From Escherichia coli (lineage in GTDB: Bacteria > Pseudomonadota > Gammaproteobacteria > Enterobacterales > Enterobacteriaceae): DNA of 45,604 nucleotides. Shown here in pieces: positions 35,242 through 45,604 of this stretch; position 1 is the stretch's first letter, and the number at the start of each line of letters is the position of its first letter. The stretch is taken from NCBI RefSeq assembly GCF_003334335.1, contig NZ_QOWQ01000036.1, one strand, 5' to 3'. A program made the translations under genes and the position numbers. Below the pieces are notes generated by a model. The model saw only the letters and a program-made list of their open reading frames with translations. It was not told where the DNA came from and did not search any database.

Positions 35242-35976
35242 TTATGCTGCGACAACAATCCCCTTTTCGGCAAATGCAGAGCGTAGTCGGCGGGCGAACG
35301 CCAGTGCGTGCTCGCCGTCGCCATGCAGGCAGACCGTTTGCGCCGCGACCGTTGCCCATTCGCCGGTGATACTTTTGACTCTGCCGTGTTGCACCATCTC
35401 CAGCGTTTGCGCCAGCGCCTGTTCTTCGTTTTCAATCAACGCGCCTGACTGGCTTCGCGGCACCAGCGAGCCGTCAGCCTGATAACCGCGATCGGCAAAC
35501 ACTTCCTCGCGCGTTGTCAGACCATATTGCTTGCCTGCACGAATCAGCTCGCTTCCCGCCAGCCCGACGAGAATCAATGCTGGATCGCAAGCGTATACCG
35601 CTCTGGCGATGGCGTCTGCCAGTTGTGCTTCTTTCGCCGCCTGGTTGTACAACATGCCGTGCGGTTTGACATGACGCATTACGCCGCCTTGCGCACGGGC
35701 AATCGTTGCCAGCGCGCCAATTTGATACAGCGTCTGGGCGTAAACGGTTTCTGGCGGCAGCTGCATGGCGCTGCGACCAAAATTTTCCCTGTCGGGAAAA
35801 CTCGGGTGAGCGCCAATCGCGACACCATTTTTTATTGCTTCACGCACGCAAGCCTGCATGATTTGCGCATCGCCTGCATGAAATCCACAGGCAATATTGG
35901 CAGAGGAAACCAGCGTTAATAGCTCTGCGTCGCTGGCGCAGCCTTCGCCCAGATCGGCGTTCAGGTCAATTTTCAT
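35242..35976 (-). CDS. pxpA: 5-oxoprolinase subunit A (LamB/YcsF family)
   Basis: 244 aa, last gene of ybgI-pxpBCA cluster. Confidence 0.9.
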
Positions 35977-36898
35977 TGTGCAGCCGCCACGCTAATTGTT
36001 CAAAATAACGTTGCTGATCTTGCCGTGCTTTTAGTGCCTCTTCCAGTGAACACTGGACAAAATGAATCGGCTGACCGAGCGGAATTTGCGCCAGATGGTA
36101 CATATCAGCCTCAATGATACAGGCAATACGCGGGTAACCACCGGTGGTCTGTGCGTCGTTCATCAACACAATCGGCTGCCCGTTATGTGGCACCTGCACC
36201 ACGCCCGGTAACAAACCGTGAGATAACAGTTCGCGATCGGTGGTGCGTTTTAAAATTTGCCCCTGTAAGCGATAGCCCATGCGGTTACTTTGCGAGCTAA
36301 GCTGCCAGGGCGAACGCCAGAATGCATCCTGCGAGGCGCGATCGAACTCATGATATTCCGGCCCCGGCAAGGCGCGAATGCGGTTGCCCCACAGCAGCTG
36401 TTTAACGCCCTGCGCTTCCATAGAATCACGCTTCGATTTGCCAATCGGGAGTCGGTCACCATCCTTCAGTAAACGGCCTTCCAGCCCGCCAATCCCCACT
36501 TTGAGATCGGTGCTGCATGAGCCCATTACCGGCGGAACATCAATACCACCCGCGACCGCCAGATAACTGCGCATCCCGTGCTGCGGGCGTTTAAGCGTTA
36601 AACGCTGGCCTGCTTTCATCGGCAATCGCCAGCCGGTCCAGACGGCATTATCATCCAGCCGCGCTTCGCAACCGGCACCCGTCAGAGCAAACCACCCATC
36701 AGTTTCGAACTCAACAGTTAACTGACCGAGCGTGATCTCCAGCGCGGGGGCATTGGCGTCATTACCCACCAGTAGGTTAGCAATGCGTAACGCGGGCATA
36801 TCCAGTGCGCCGCAGTGGCTGATACCCGACTGGCGAAAACCGTGACGACCGCCATCCTGCACAGTGGTATACATGCCCGCACGAATAATCTTCAGCAT
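35966..36898 (-). CDS. pxpC: 5-oxoprolinase subunit C (allophanate hydrolase subunit 2-like)
   Basis: 310 aa; overlaps pxpA start by 11 nt. Confidence 0.9.
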
Positions 36899-37548
36899 AC
36901 TCCCTCCTTCTGCGGTACAAAGCGCACGCTGTCTCCCGGACGTAATAAGATGGGTTCGTCACGCGCCGGATCAAACAGGCTGAGTGAGGTATGACCAATC
37001 AACTGCCAGCCACCCGGCGTTGCCAGCGGATAAACACCAGTCTGCGGCCCGCCGATCCCGACAGAACCTGCCGGAACGAGTAAGCGCGGTTCAGCGCGCC
37101 GTGGCGTGTGTAGTTGTTCCGGCAAACTCCCGAGATACGGGAAGCCCGGTTGAAAACCTAAAAACCAGACCACGTATTCCACGGAGGAGTGCAATTCAAC
37201 AACCTGTTTTTCGCTCAACCCGCAATGCGCCGCGACCACCGCCAAATCCGGTCCGCCTGCACCACCGTAAACCACCGGAATTTCAATAAAGCGAGACTCC
37301 GGCTCCAGCGCCTCGCTCTCCTCCCACCAGCGTTGCAAACGCTCTATGGCATCCAGCGCCAGCGACTCAGGATTACGCAAAATCACCGTGATATTGTTCA
37401 TGCCGGGAATGGCTTCAACCACATTCGGCATATCCACCAGACGCTGCGCCAGTCGCCAGATCCGTTTCTGGCTAGCCAGCGTCACCGGCGGTTCCAGTTC
37501 CAGCACTACCGCCGTTTCACCTATCAGATAACAACGCGCTCGTTGCAC
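36892..37548 (-). CDS. pxpB: 5-oxoprolinase subunit B (allophanate hydrolase subunit 1-like)
   Basis: 218 aa; overlaps pxpC start. Confidence 0.9.
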
Positions 37549-37570
37549 TTTCGATCCCTCTGATTATTCG

Positions 37571-38314
37571 TTATGCAGGATTAGGAATATCAATAAAGGT
37601 CACATCAAGATCGGTATTTTCATTCAGCCACTCGCTCAATGCGCGAATACCACCACGTTCAGTGGCATGGTGACCTGCAGCATAAAAATGCAATCCCTGC
37701 TCGCGGGCTGAATGAATGGTCTGTTCAGAAACTTCGCCAGTAATAAAAGCATCCACGCCAAAACGCGCGGCGCTATCGATAAAACTTTGCCCGCCGCCCG
37801 TGCACCAGGCGACGCGCTGGACCACCTCAGGTCCGGTATCGCCACACCATAACGGCTTACGTCCCAGACGCGCTTCAATCCAGGAAGCCAGCTCCAGTCC
37901 CGGCACAGGCATGGTCAGTTCGCCCCACGGCACCAACGGCTCAATTTCGCCCATGACCGTGATCCCCAGTAACGCCGCCAGCTGTGCGTTATTGCCCAGC
38001 TCAGGATGTGCGTCAAGCGGCAAATGCCAGCCATACAGGTTGATATCATTCGCCAGCAACGTTTTTAAACGGTTACGCTTCATTCCGCGAATGACCGGAG
38101 ACTCTCCTTTCCAGAAGTAGCCATGATGCACAATGACCGCATCCGCGCCCAGACGCACTGCCTCATCGAGCAAAGCCTGGCTGGCGGTGACACCGGTAAC
38201 AATTTTTTGCACCGTCTCTTTGCCTTCCACCTGCAAACCATTCGGCGCGTAATCACTAATCGCCGCGCTGTTCAGTTTTTCGTTAATCAGTTGTTCCAGT
38301 TCGGTGTTTTTCAT
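37571..38314 (-). CDS. ybgI: Nif3-family metal-binding protein (GTP cyclohydrolase 1 type 2 homolog)
   Basis: 247 aa, His-rich metal-binding motifs typical of Nif3/YbgI. Confidence 0.9.
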   Translation of the reverse strand: MKNTELEQLINEKLNSAAISDYAPNGLQVEGKETVQKIVTGVTASQALLDEAVRLGADAVIVHHGYFWKGESPVIRGMKRNRLKTLLANDINLYGWHLPLDAHPELGNNAQLAALLGITVMGEIEPLVPWGELTMPVPGLELASWIEARLGRKPLWCGDTGPEVVQRVAWCTGGGQSFIDSAARFGVDAFITGEVSEQTIHSAREQGLHFYAAGHHATERGGIRALSEWLNENTDLDVTFIDIPNPA

Positions 38315-38401
38315 CTTCGCGCCTTCCGTATTCTGATAGCTACACCGTTAACATAGCGTTACCTCGCCAGTTCGTCGATAGCCAATCTTTTGACATATTA
38401 A

Positions 38402-40066
<1,665 letters not shown>

Positions 40067-40080
40067 TAGGCCAGCACCGA

Positions 40081-40190
40081 TGCCTGATGCGACGCTTGAC
40101 GCGTCTTATCAGGCCTACGTATTTCCTGCAATTTATTGAATTTGCACAAATTTGTAGGCTGGATAAGGCGTTCACGCCGCATCCGGCATC
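40081..40190. repeat. REP pair between dtpD and phr
   Basis: Two inverted REP-consensus copies (gcctgatgcgacgc... / ...gccgcatccggc). Confidence 0.8.
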
Positions 40191-40215
40191 TGGGCTCGAT
40201 TGCCTGACGCGTCTG

Positions 40216-41634
40216 TTATTTCCCCTTCCGCGCCGCCTCATACGCTGCCAACGTTTGTACTCTCGCTTCTTTGTGCTCGACTATCGGTTGCGGATAATCC
40301 AGCGTCACACCTGCTTTCTGCGCCCACTTCCACGGCTCATGCACCACTTTCCCTGGCACATCGCGCAGTTCCGGTAGCCACTGGCGGATAAACTCGCCCT
40401 CATGATCAAATTTCTCGCCCTGGGTTGTCGGGTTGAAAATACGAAAATACGGCGCTGCATCGGTTCCGGTTGAAGCGGCCCACTGCCAGCCACCGTTATT
40501 GGCTGCCAAATCACCATCAATCAGCTGCGACATGAAATATCGCTCGCCTTCGCGCCAGTCGATCAATAAATCTTTCACCAGAAAACTGGCTGTAATCATC
40601 CGTAGCCTGTTATGCATCCAGCCAGTGCTGTTAAGCTGACGCATAGCGGCATCAACAATCGGGTATCCCGTTTTGCCTTCCTGCCAGGCCTGTAAATGTG
40701 CGGGATTGCTCTGCCACTGTACACGATCCGTCCAGGCAATAAATGGACGATGTTTACACAACGAGGGGTGATACGTTATCAGGTGACGGTAAAACTCGCG
40801 CCAGATCAGCTCATTAAGCCAGACACTACCGGCCCCACCGTCCAGCGCCTGCGGCTGTTCAGCCAACAAGCGATGCAAGCACTGGCGAGGCGATAACCCG
40901 CCCGTTGCCAGGCTGGCCGACAAACGGCTGGTGCCTTCCACTGCCGGAAAATCTCGTTGTTGCTCATATTCTCCGGCACCGTTCTGGCAAAACTGGCGTA
41001 ATTGCGCAATCGCCGCTTTTTCTTCCACCGGAAAATGCGCAGTATCGAAAGACTGACGAGGATAATTCAGCGTAATGGATGGCGAGGGCTCTATCGATCC
41101 GCTACTACGAACTTTTGGCGCAGCGACGCACTCCGGCATCCCTTCCCGCAGCCGTTTCAGCCAGGCATTCTTAAAAGGCGTAAAGACTTTGTACATCTCG
41201 TGATTACCGGTCATCACCGCGCCAGGCGGCAGGATCACGCTGTCATCAAATCCTTCACACACCACGTTACGCAGCGCTCTTTCAACTTCCACATCCCGCG
41301 CCCGCTCATTCACTTCATACTGATAGTTATAAAACAGGTGGGTAACGCTGTTTTCCGCGCACACCTGTTTAACTATTTCGACACTGGCGACAAAGTCATC
41401 CACTTCACGGAACAATAAAGGAATACCTTTTTCCGCAAGCGCTATTTGTAGCCCATTCAGTTGAGCATTGATAAGTTCAGCCTGACGCGGCGACATGTTA
41501 TGCGTCGCCCACTGGCGTGGTGTAGCGATATACAACGCCAGCACGCGTGCAGACGAATTGCGGCAGGCGGCAGCCAGTGCGAGATTATCGTGCAGACGTA
41601 AATCCTGGCGAAACCAGACCAGATGGGTAGTCAT
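40216..41634 (-). CDS. phr: Deoxyribodipyrimidine photolyase
   Basis: 472 aa; MTTHLVWFRQDLRLHDNLAL N-terminus, FAD-binding C-terminal domain. Confidence 0.95.
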   Translation of the reverse strand: MTTHLVWFRQDLRLHDNLALAAACRNSSARVLALYIATPRQWATHNMSPRQAELINAQLNGLQIALAEKGIPLLFREVDDFVASVEIVKQVCAENSVTHLFYNYQYEVNERARDVEVERALRNVVCEGFDDSVILPPGAVMTGNHEMYKVFTPFKNAWLKRLREGMPECVAAPKVRSSGSIEPSPSITLNYPRQSFDTAHFPVEEKAAIAQLRQFCQNGAGEYEQQRDFPAVEGTSRLSASLATGGLSPRQCLHRLLAEQPQALDGGAGSVWLNELIWREFYRHLITYHPSLCKHRPFIAWTDRVQWQSNPAHLQAWQEGKTGYPIVDAAMRQLNSTGWMHNRLRMITASFLVKDLLIDWREGERYFMSQLIDGDLAANNGGWQWAASTGTDAAPYFRIFNPTTQGEKFDHEGEFIRQWLPELRDVPGKVVHEPWKWAQKAGVTLDYPQPIVEHKEARVQTLAAYEAARKGK

Positions 41635-42140
41635 AAAACTCCTGAATGGCGCAAGTTAATCACACGCGGCCAAAGTTCGAAATAACGCTGCCCTGAAAGC
41701 CAGGCGTCAGGATAAAGCGCCATATAGTGTTTGATACGCATCAGCGGCGCAAGAAGTGGTTGCTCGCCACGGCGATAACTGTCGATAAGCGCAGCCAGCT
41801 GCTGGCGTTCTGTGGAATCAATATGCGGGCGAAAATAACCCTGAACGTGCATCAAAACATTGGTGTGATCGCGCGGGTTGGCGGGGTGAGAAAGCAAAAC
41901 AACTACGCGTTGGCGGTACTGGTTGTAATAGTCATCCAGATTTTGCCACTGGTGAATATCAGCCACGAACGGGCCAAGTTTGCGGTACTCCGGCTGAGAA
42001 TGCGCCAGAAAGACGAGTTTATAGCGGCTGTGATAATCGAGAAGCGCCCCGCGCGTTAAGCCATGTTCTTTCAGTCGATGTAACTCATGAAGGGCAAAGA
42101 TACGGATTAGGGTGCTGTCATCAAATCGTTGTAGATTCAT
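41631..42140 (-). CDS. ybgA: DUF1722-family protein co-transcribed with phr
   Basis: 169 aa; overlaps phr start by 4 nt. Confidence 0.88.
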   Translation of the reverse strand: MNLQRFDDSTLIRIFALHELHRLKEHGLTRGALLDYHSRYKLVFLAHSQPEYRKLGPFVADIHQWQNLDDYYNQYRQRVVVLLSHPANPRDHTNVLMHVQGYFRPHIDSTERQQLAALIDSYRRGEQPLLAPLMRIKHYMALYPDAWLSGQRYFELWPRVINLRHSGVL

Positions 42141-42287
42141 TACTGCTCCTGAGCGGTTTACAGGAGTAAGTGTAGACGTTGAGAAATGATATTTGTGAAG
42201 TTAATCCTGTTGTAGCAGGACAAATTTACGAAAGCCTGCTCCCCGCAAGGACTGACGTCAGGTAGTTTCTAACCATAGCTGCCCTTT

Positions 42288-43049
42288 CTATTCAAACGTG
42301 AAATCAATAAGTTCATCAGGGACATCGCAAACAATATGAAGACGGATTTCTTCTCTGCCGTGACTCTTTTCACTCATTGCGTAACTGTCATGCTCTGGAT
42401 TATTTAATTCTTTCAGCGGAAATTTTTCCTCAAAGGCTTTATTTAGCCGCCCCTGGTTTCCTTTTACCGCGAATAAATAATCACCTCCCTGTTTTTGTAT
42501 CTTCTCTGCAATATCTTTCTGGCAACCCATCGCATCAGTTGTGATGATTTTTCCTTTAATATCCAGCATGTTAAGAAGTTCAGGGATAGCTGTGATCTCA
42601 TTGGATTTCTTATCCGTCTTGATCTGCCCGATGACCAGACTGTGCATTGTTGAGAACGCACTAATGACATGAATCGCTCCCCTGCGGCGACTCTTGTCAT
42701 AAGAGTGCCGGAGCGTTTTTCCATCAATTGCAATGACGTCTTTATCATTTGATGAATGGCAATCACGCATCCAGTTAATAAAGCACTCGTGAAATTTTGC
42801 AGGACTGATACAGGATACAACTCTGGCAATAGTATCGTGAACAGGAATACCATTTTCAAAATCACCATATTGCTTCAAGAAATCGAGATGTGTTTCCCCG
42901 AAATCCTCTATATCTTCCCAACTTTCTGCACCAGAAATAACGGCAAAAATAGTCAATAGTAGGATGCCTGACAATTTATGCTCTACTTTCCAGGCTTATC
43001 TGTAATCGGGAATAATAGAAATATGTTCCATCAATTTTTTAAGTTCCAT
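42288..43049 (-). pseudogene. ybfD: H-repeat-associated transposase remnant, copy 1 (ybfD-like), in-frame TAA at codon 18 and 3'-truncated
   Basis: [17 protein letters not shown]-stop(42996-42998)[10 protein letters not shown]... then 228 codons; ends ...[12 protein letters not shown] where full-length ORF-H continues W-K-G-L. Confidence 0.75.
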
Positions 43050-43174
43050 TTGTTCACCTTATTTATGTAAGGAGTATTTGATCATGTATAAGCTATGAAA
43101 AACAGCTTTAGGTAATAAGGAATATCTCAATTTTTAAACATAAAATGCGAATTATTTAGTACAAAAAAGTAGCG

Positions 43175-43429
43175 TTACGTGATCTTTCCCTGGGATACAA
43201 CTCTGGCAATGGTATCGTGAACAGGAATACCATTTTCAAAATCACCATATTGCTTCAAAAAATCGAGATGTGTTTCCCCGAAATCCTCTATATCTTCCCA
43301 ACCTTCTGCACCAGAAATAACGGCACAAATAGTCAACAGTAGAATATCTGACAATTTATGCACCACTTTCCAGGCTTGTCTGTAATCGGGTGTAATAGAA
43401 ATATGTTCCATCAATTTTTTAAGTTCCAT
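43175..43429 (-). pseudogene. H-repeat transposase N-terminal fragment, copy 2 (84 codons)
   Basis: [22 protein letters not shown]...IARVVS then out-of-family QGKIT-stop created by the repeat junction. Confidence 0.8.
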
Positions 43430-43554
43430 TTGTTCACCTTATTTATGTAAGGAGTATTTGATCATGTATAAGCTATGAAAAACAGCTTTAGGTAATAAGG
43501 AATATCTCAATTTTTAAACATAAAATGCGAATTATTTAGTACAAAAAAGTAGCG

Positions 43555-43809
43555 TTACGTGATCTTTCCCTGGGATACAACTCTGGCAATGGTATCGTGA
43601 ACAGGAATACCATTTTCAAAATCACCATATTGCTTCAAAAAATCGAGATGTGTTTCCCCAAAATCCTCTATATCTTCCCAACCTTCTGCACCAGAAATAA
43701 CGGCACAAATAGTCAACAGTAGAATATCCGATAATTTATGTTCCACTTTCCAGGTTTGTCTGTAATCGGGGATAATAGAAATATGTTCCATCAATTTTTT
43801 AAGTTCCAT
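43555..43809 (-). pseudogene. H-repeat transposase N-terminal fragment, copy 3 (84 codons)
   Basis: Near-identical to copy 2 (I13, T19, E23 variants); same junction-derived C-terminus. Confidence 0.8.
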
Positions 43810-43951
43810 TTTGTTCTCCTTAATTAGGTAAGGAGTATTTGATCATGTATAAGCAATAAAAAACAGCTTCAGGTAATAAGGAATATCTCAATTTTTAAAC
43901 ATAAAATGCGAATTATTTAGTGCAAAAAGTGAACTTTTGATGATCTTTCCC

Positions 43952-44315
43952 TGGCCGTTGACTCGATTGCCGTAGCTCGAACGCAAGCACTCTTATCATT
44001 CAATGCCATATTGTTCAAAATATTAAAAACATTATCTTCGCATTTTTTGCAAATTTATATTTGCCCGAGTATAAATGCTCCGATATCTCTACGGATATAA
44101 TTTTTGTCAGTGCAGAATTCAATTGCCAATCTAACAGCGTCTTGCCCCCCTCTTAACTGTAATACTCTGGCAGATGAAATCCTTTTCAAGGAATTGCGAT
44201 CATCAAGTAAGCGAAATAATTCATCATCATTTAGTTTCTTACATTTATTATATAAACCATACTCTTTACTTGCCTTTCTTTTCTGGTATGTATTTGACAT
44301 TGCAGGAACCTCCAT
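43952..44315 (-). pseudogene. yibA-like HEAT-repeat (PBS-lyase type) gene remnant
   Basis: MSNTYQKRKASKEYGLYN...AFILGQI then TAA (44055-44057); homology continues in frame (ICKKCEDNVFNILNNMALNDKSACVRATAIESTA) to ~43953 where the H-rpt terminus begins. Confidence 0.7.
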
Positions 44316-44509
44316 AAAGGCTATCTTTTTCTATCGTTTGACTGTCTGGAGTCCTCCACCTACTCTGCCATCAGCGCACACGATGTTTGATTATCCTTAC
44401 ATACTTATTTTCCGTGGCCAAAATTCAGAATTCTCCCATCATTTTTGCCTATTTCTATAATAAAAACCCCACCAGCAATTTGGTCTGAGTGAATGGTACC
44501 TTCAACAAC

Positions 44510-44752
44510 TCAACTTGTTGTTAACTCAGTGATTTCGTATGGTTTTTCTTCTTCTGCGGCATCCTGTCCATAACGATTCTTAACATATATCTCAGCTAAT
44601 TCCAATGCTATAGCTTTATTTTTAACCAAATTTCTAACGGTATATTTACCTTCACTTTCATACTTGCGCATTATTTTAATATTATTATTACACTGCGCCC
44701 ATGTGTTGTATGTAAAAACAAACAAAGATACAATGACACAGTTCCTAAACAA
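44510..44752 (-). CDS. Small secreted protein, candidate Rhs immunity protein
   Basis: 80-aa ORF 6 nt downstream of the Rhs tip stop; N-terminal signal-peptide-like segment (MFRNCVIVSLFVFTYNTWA); AT-rich like the tip. Confidence 0.5.
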   Translation of the reverse strand: MFRNCVIVSLFVFTYNTWAQCNNNIKIMRKYESEGKYTVRNLVKNKAIALELAEIYVKNRYGQDAAEEEKPYEITELTTS

Positions 44753-44758
44753 TATTTT

Positions 44759-45604
44759 TTACATATTACCATGAACTCTGCAGACATTAGGTAATCCTTT
44801 TCTGTTTGTTATTTCCTTCCCGTGGTTATCTATTGCTTTAAAATTACCACTGGGCGTACCTAAATAAAATGACTTGATATTGTTATCTTTACTTTTAACT
44901 ATTTTCTCATCTTTACCTGAAAATATTTCGTCCCAATATTCTCCATGACTATCTGCACCATGAGTATGATAAGCTGATACTTTCTCAGTACCATTAGGGC
45001 AAGGGCTATTGAATGGATATGATCCTTTTCTTTCTCCTCGGTTAGGTGCTGTTGAGAAATATCTGCCACTATTATCCTTACATATTAAACCAGCGAACTC
45101 TTTATCTTCGCAAATAGATTGGCTATTTATTTTATTTAAGGCGCCATATGCGGTGCTATCTATAGAATCAAATTTATCTGGACCTATCATAGCGGATAGT
45201 GTGCCGCAAAGACCATTAGTACATGCCCCCGATTTTGCATCCTCCCACATAGATAAACCCAGGGGGTCGATGTCTGATATCGGATTCAATTGATATCCAT
45301 ACAGGTTCCATCCCCCCTTCAGTCCAATCGGATCCTGAGTGATATATCGCCCCTGCAGCGGGTCATAATAGCGGTGGCGGTTGTAATACAGGCCGGACTC
45401 CTCATCATACTGCTGCCCCGGCAGCCGGATAAGCTGCTGCAGCTGATGCGGGTTCTCTTCATTCAGCAGGTTGCCCCATTCATCATATTCTGCGCACCAC
45501 GCTGTTGCCCCTTCCGTGCTGATGAGCGCCAGCGGCAGGCCGCGATGGTCGCAGTGGTACAGGTGGATTTTTCGCGCCGGCGTGTACACCGGGTCCATCT
45601 GGTT
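44759..45604 (-). CDS. Rhs protein C-terminal part: end of conserved core plus ~164-aa variable tip (putative toxin); 5' end outside window
   Basis: Core-end signature ...[39 protein letters not shown]; abrupt GC-rich to AT-rich switch at ~45254; Cys/His-rich tip; reading frame runs to the window edge. Confidence 0.85.
   Translation of the reverse strand, partial: NQMDPVYTPARKIHLYHCDHRGLPLALISTEGATAWCAEYDEWGNLLNEENPHQLQQLIRLPGQQYDEESGLYYNRHRYYDPLQGRYITQDPIGLKGGWNLYGYQLNPISDIDPLGLSMWEDAKSGACTNGLCGTLSAMIGPDKFDSIDSTAYGALNKINSQSICEDKEFAGLICKDNSGRYFSTAPNRGERKGSYPFNSPCPNGTEKVSAYHTHGADSHGEYWDEIFSGKDEKIVKSKDNNIKSFYLGTPSGNFKAIDNHGKEITNRKGLPNVCRVHGNM

Larger units (their letters stand above)
42280..43953 (-). 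mobile_element. Defective H-repeat (ISAs1-family) element composite: one long truncated copy plus two tandem 5' fragments
   Basis: Transposase-like ORF-H homology; outer terminus reads CCAGGGAAAGATC (43953-43941 on minus strand); 3' part of the element missing. Confidence 0.8.
42813..43953. repeat. Three head-to-tail tandem copies of a 380-bp unit (H-rpt 5' end)
   Basis: ATG of the MELKK ORF recurs at 43049, 43429 and 43809 (period exactly 380 bp); 143-bp upstream segments of copies 1 and 2 are identical. Confidence 0.9.

Noticed and set aside
42813-43953. Tandem repeat array considered as a possible CRISPR array
   Set aside because: Repeat period is 380 bp with protein-coding homology to an IS transposase, no short direct repeats with unique spacers, and no cas genes; this is an IS-derived tandem duplication.
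44104-44460. 118-aa plus-strand ORF
   Set aside because: Antisense to the yibA-like remnant and reads through AT-rich intergenic DNA; no recognisable features.

Overview
This 45.6 kb window reads as an Escherichia coli-type chromosomal segment, identified by recognising the gene order and protein sequences from memory; no database search was run. Most of it is conserved core genome: a lysT-type tRNA cluster (Lys/Val), the tol-pal-cpoB envelope operon, cydABX-ybgE, the mngR/mngAB mannosylglycerate locus, the TCA-cycle block sdhCDAB-sucABCD with divergent gltA, the ybgDQPO chaperone-usher fimbrial operon, abrB, nei, pxpBCA-ybgI, dtpD, phr and ybgA. The last ~3.5 kb (42.2-45.6 kb) is accessory and is the most interesting part. 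It holds the AT-rich C-terminal tip of an Rhs protein with a small signal-peptide ORF directly downstream (candidate toxin/immunity pair), a yibA-like HEAT-repeat gene that is broken, and three tandem head-to-tail 380-bp copies of the 5' end of an H-repeat (ISAs1-family) element. Some of this layout is known for Rhs loci; the function of the Rhs tip is not something I can assign. Coordinates for starts were chosen by comparison with remembered protein N-termini and may differ by a few codons.
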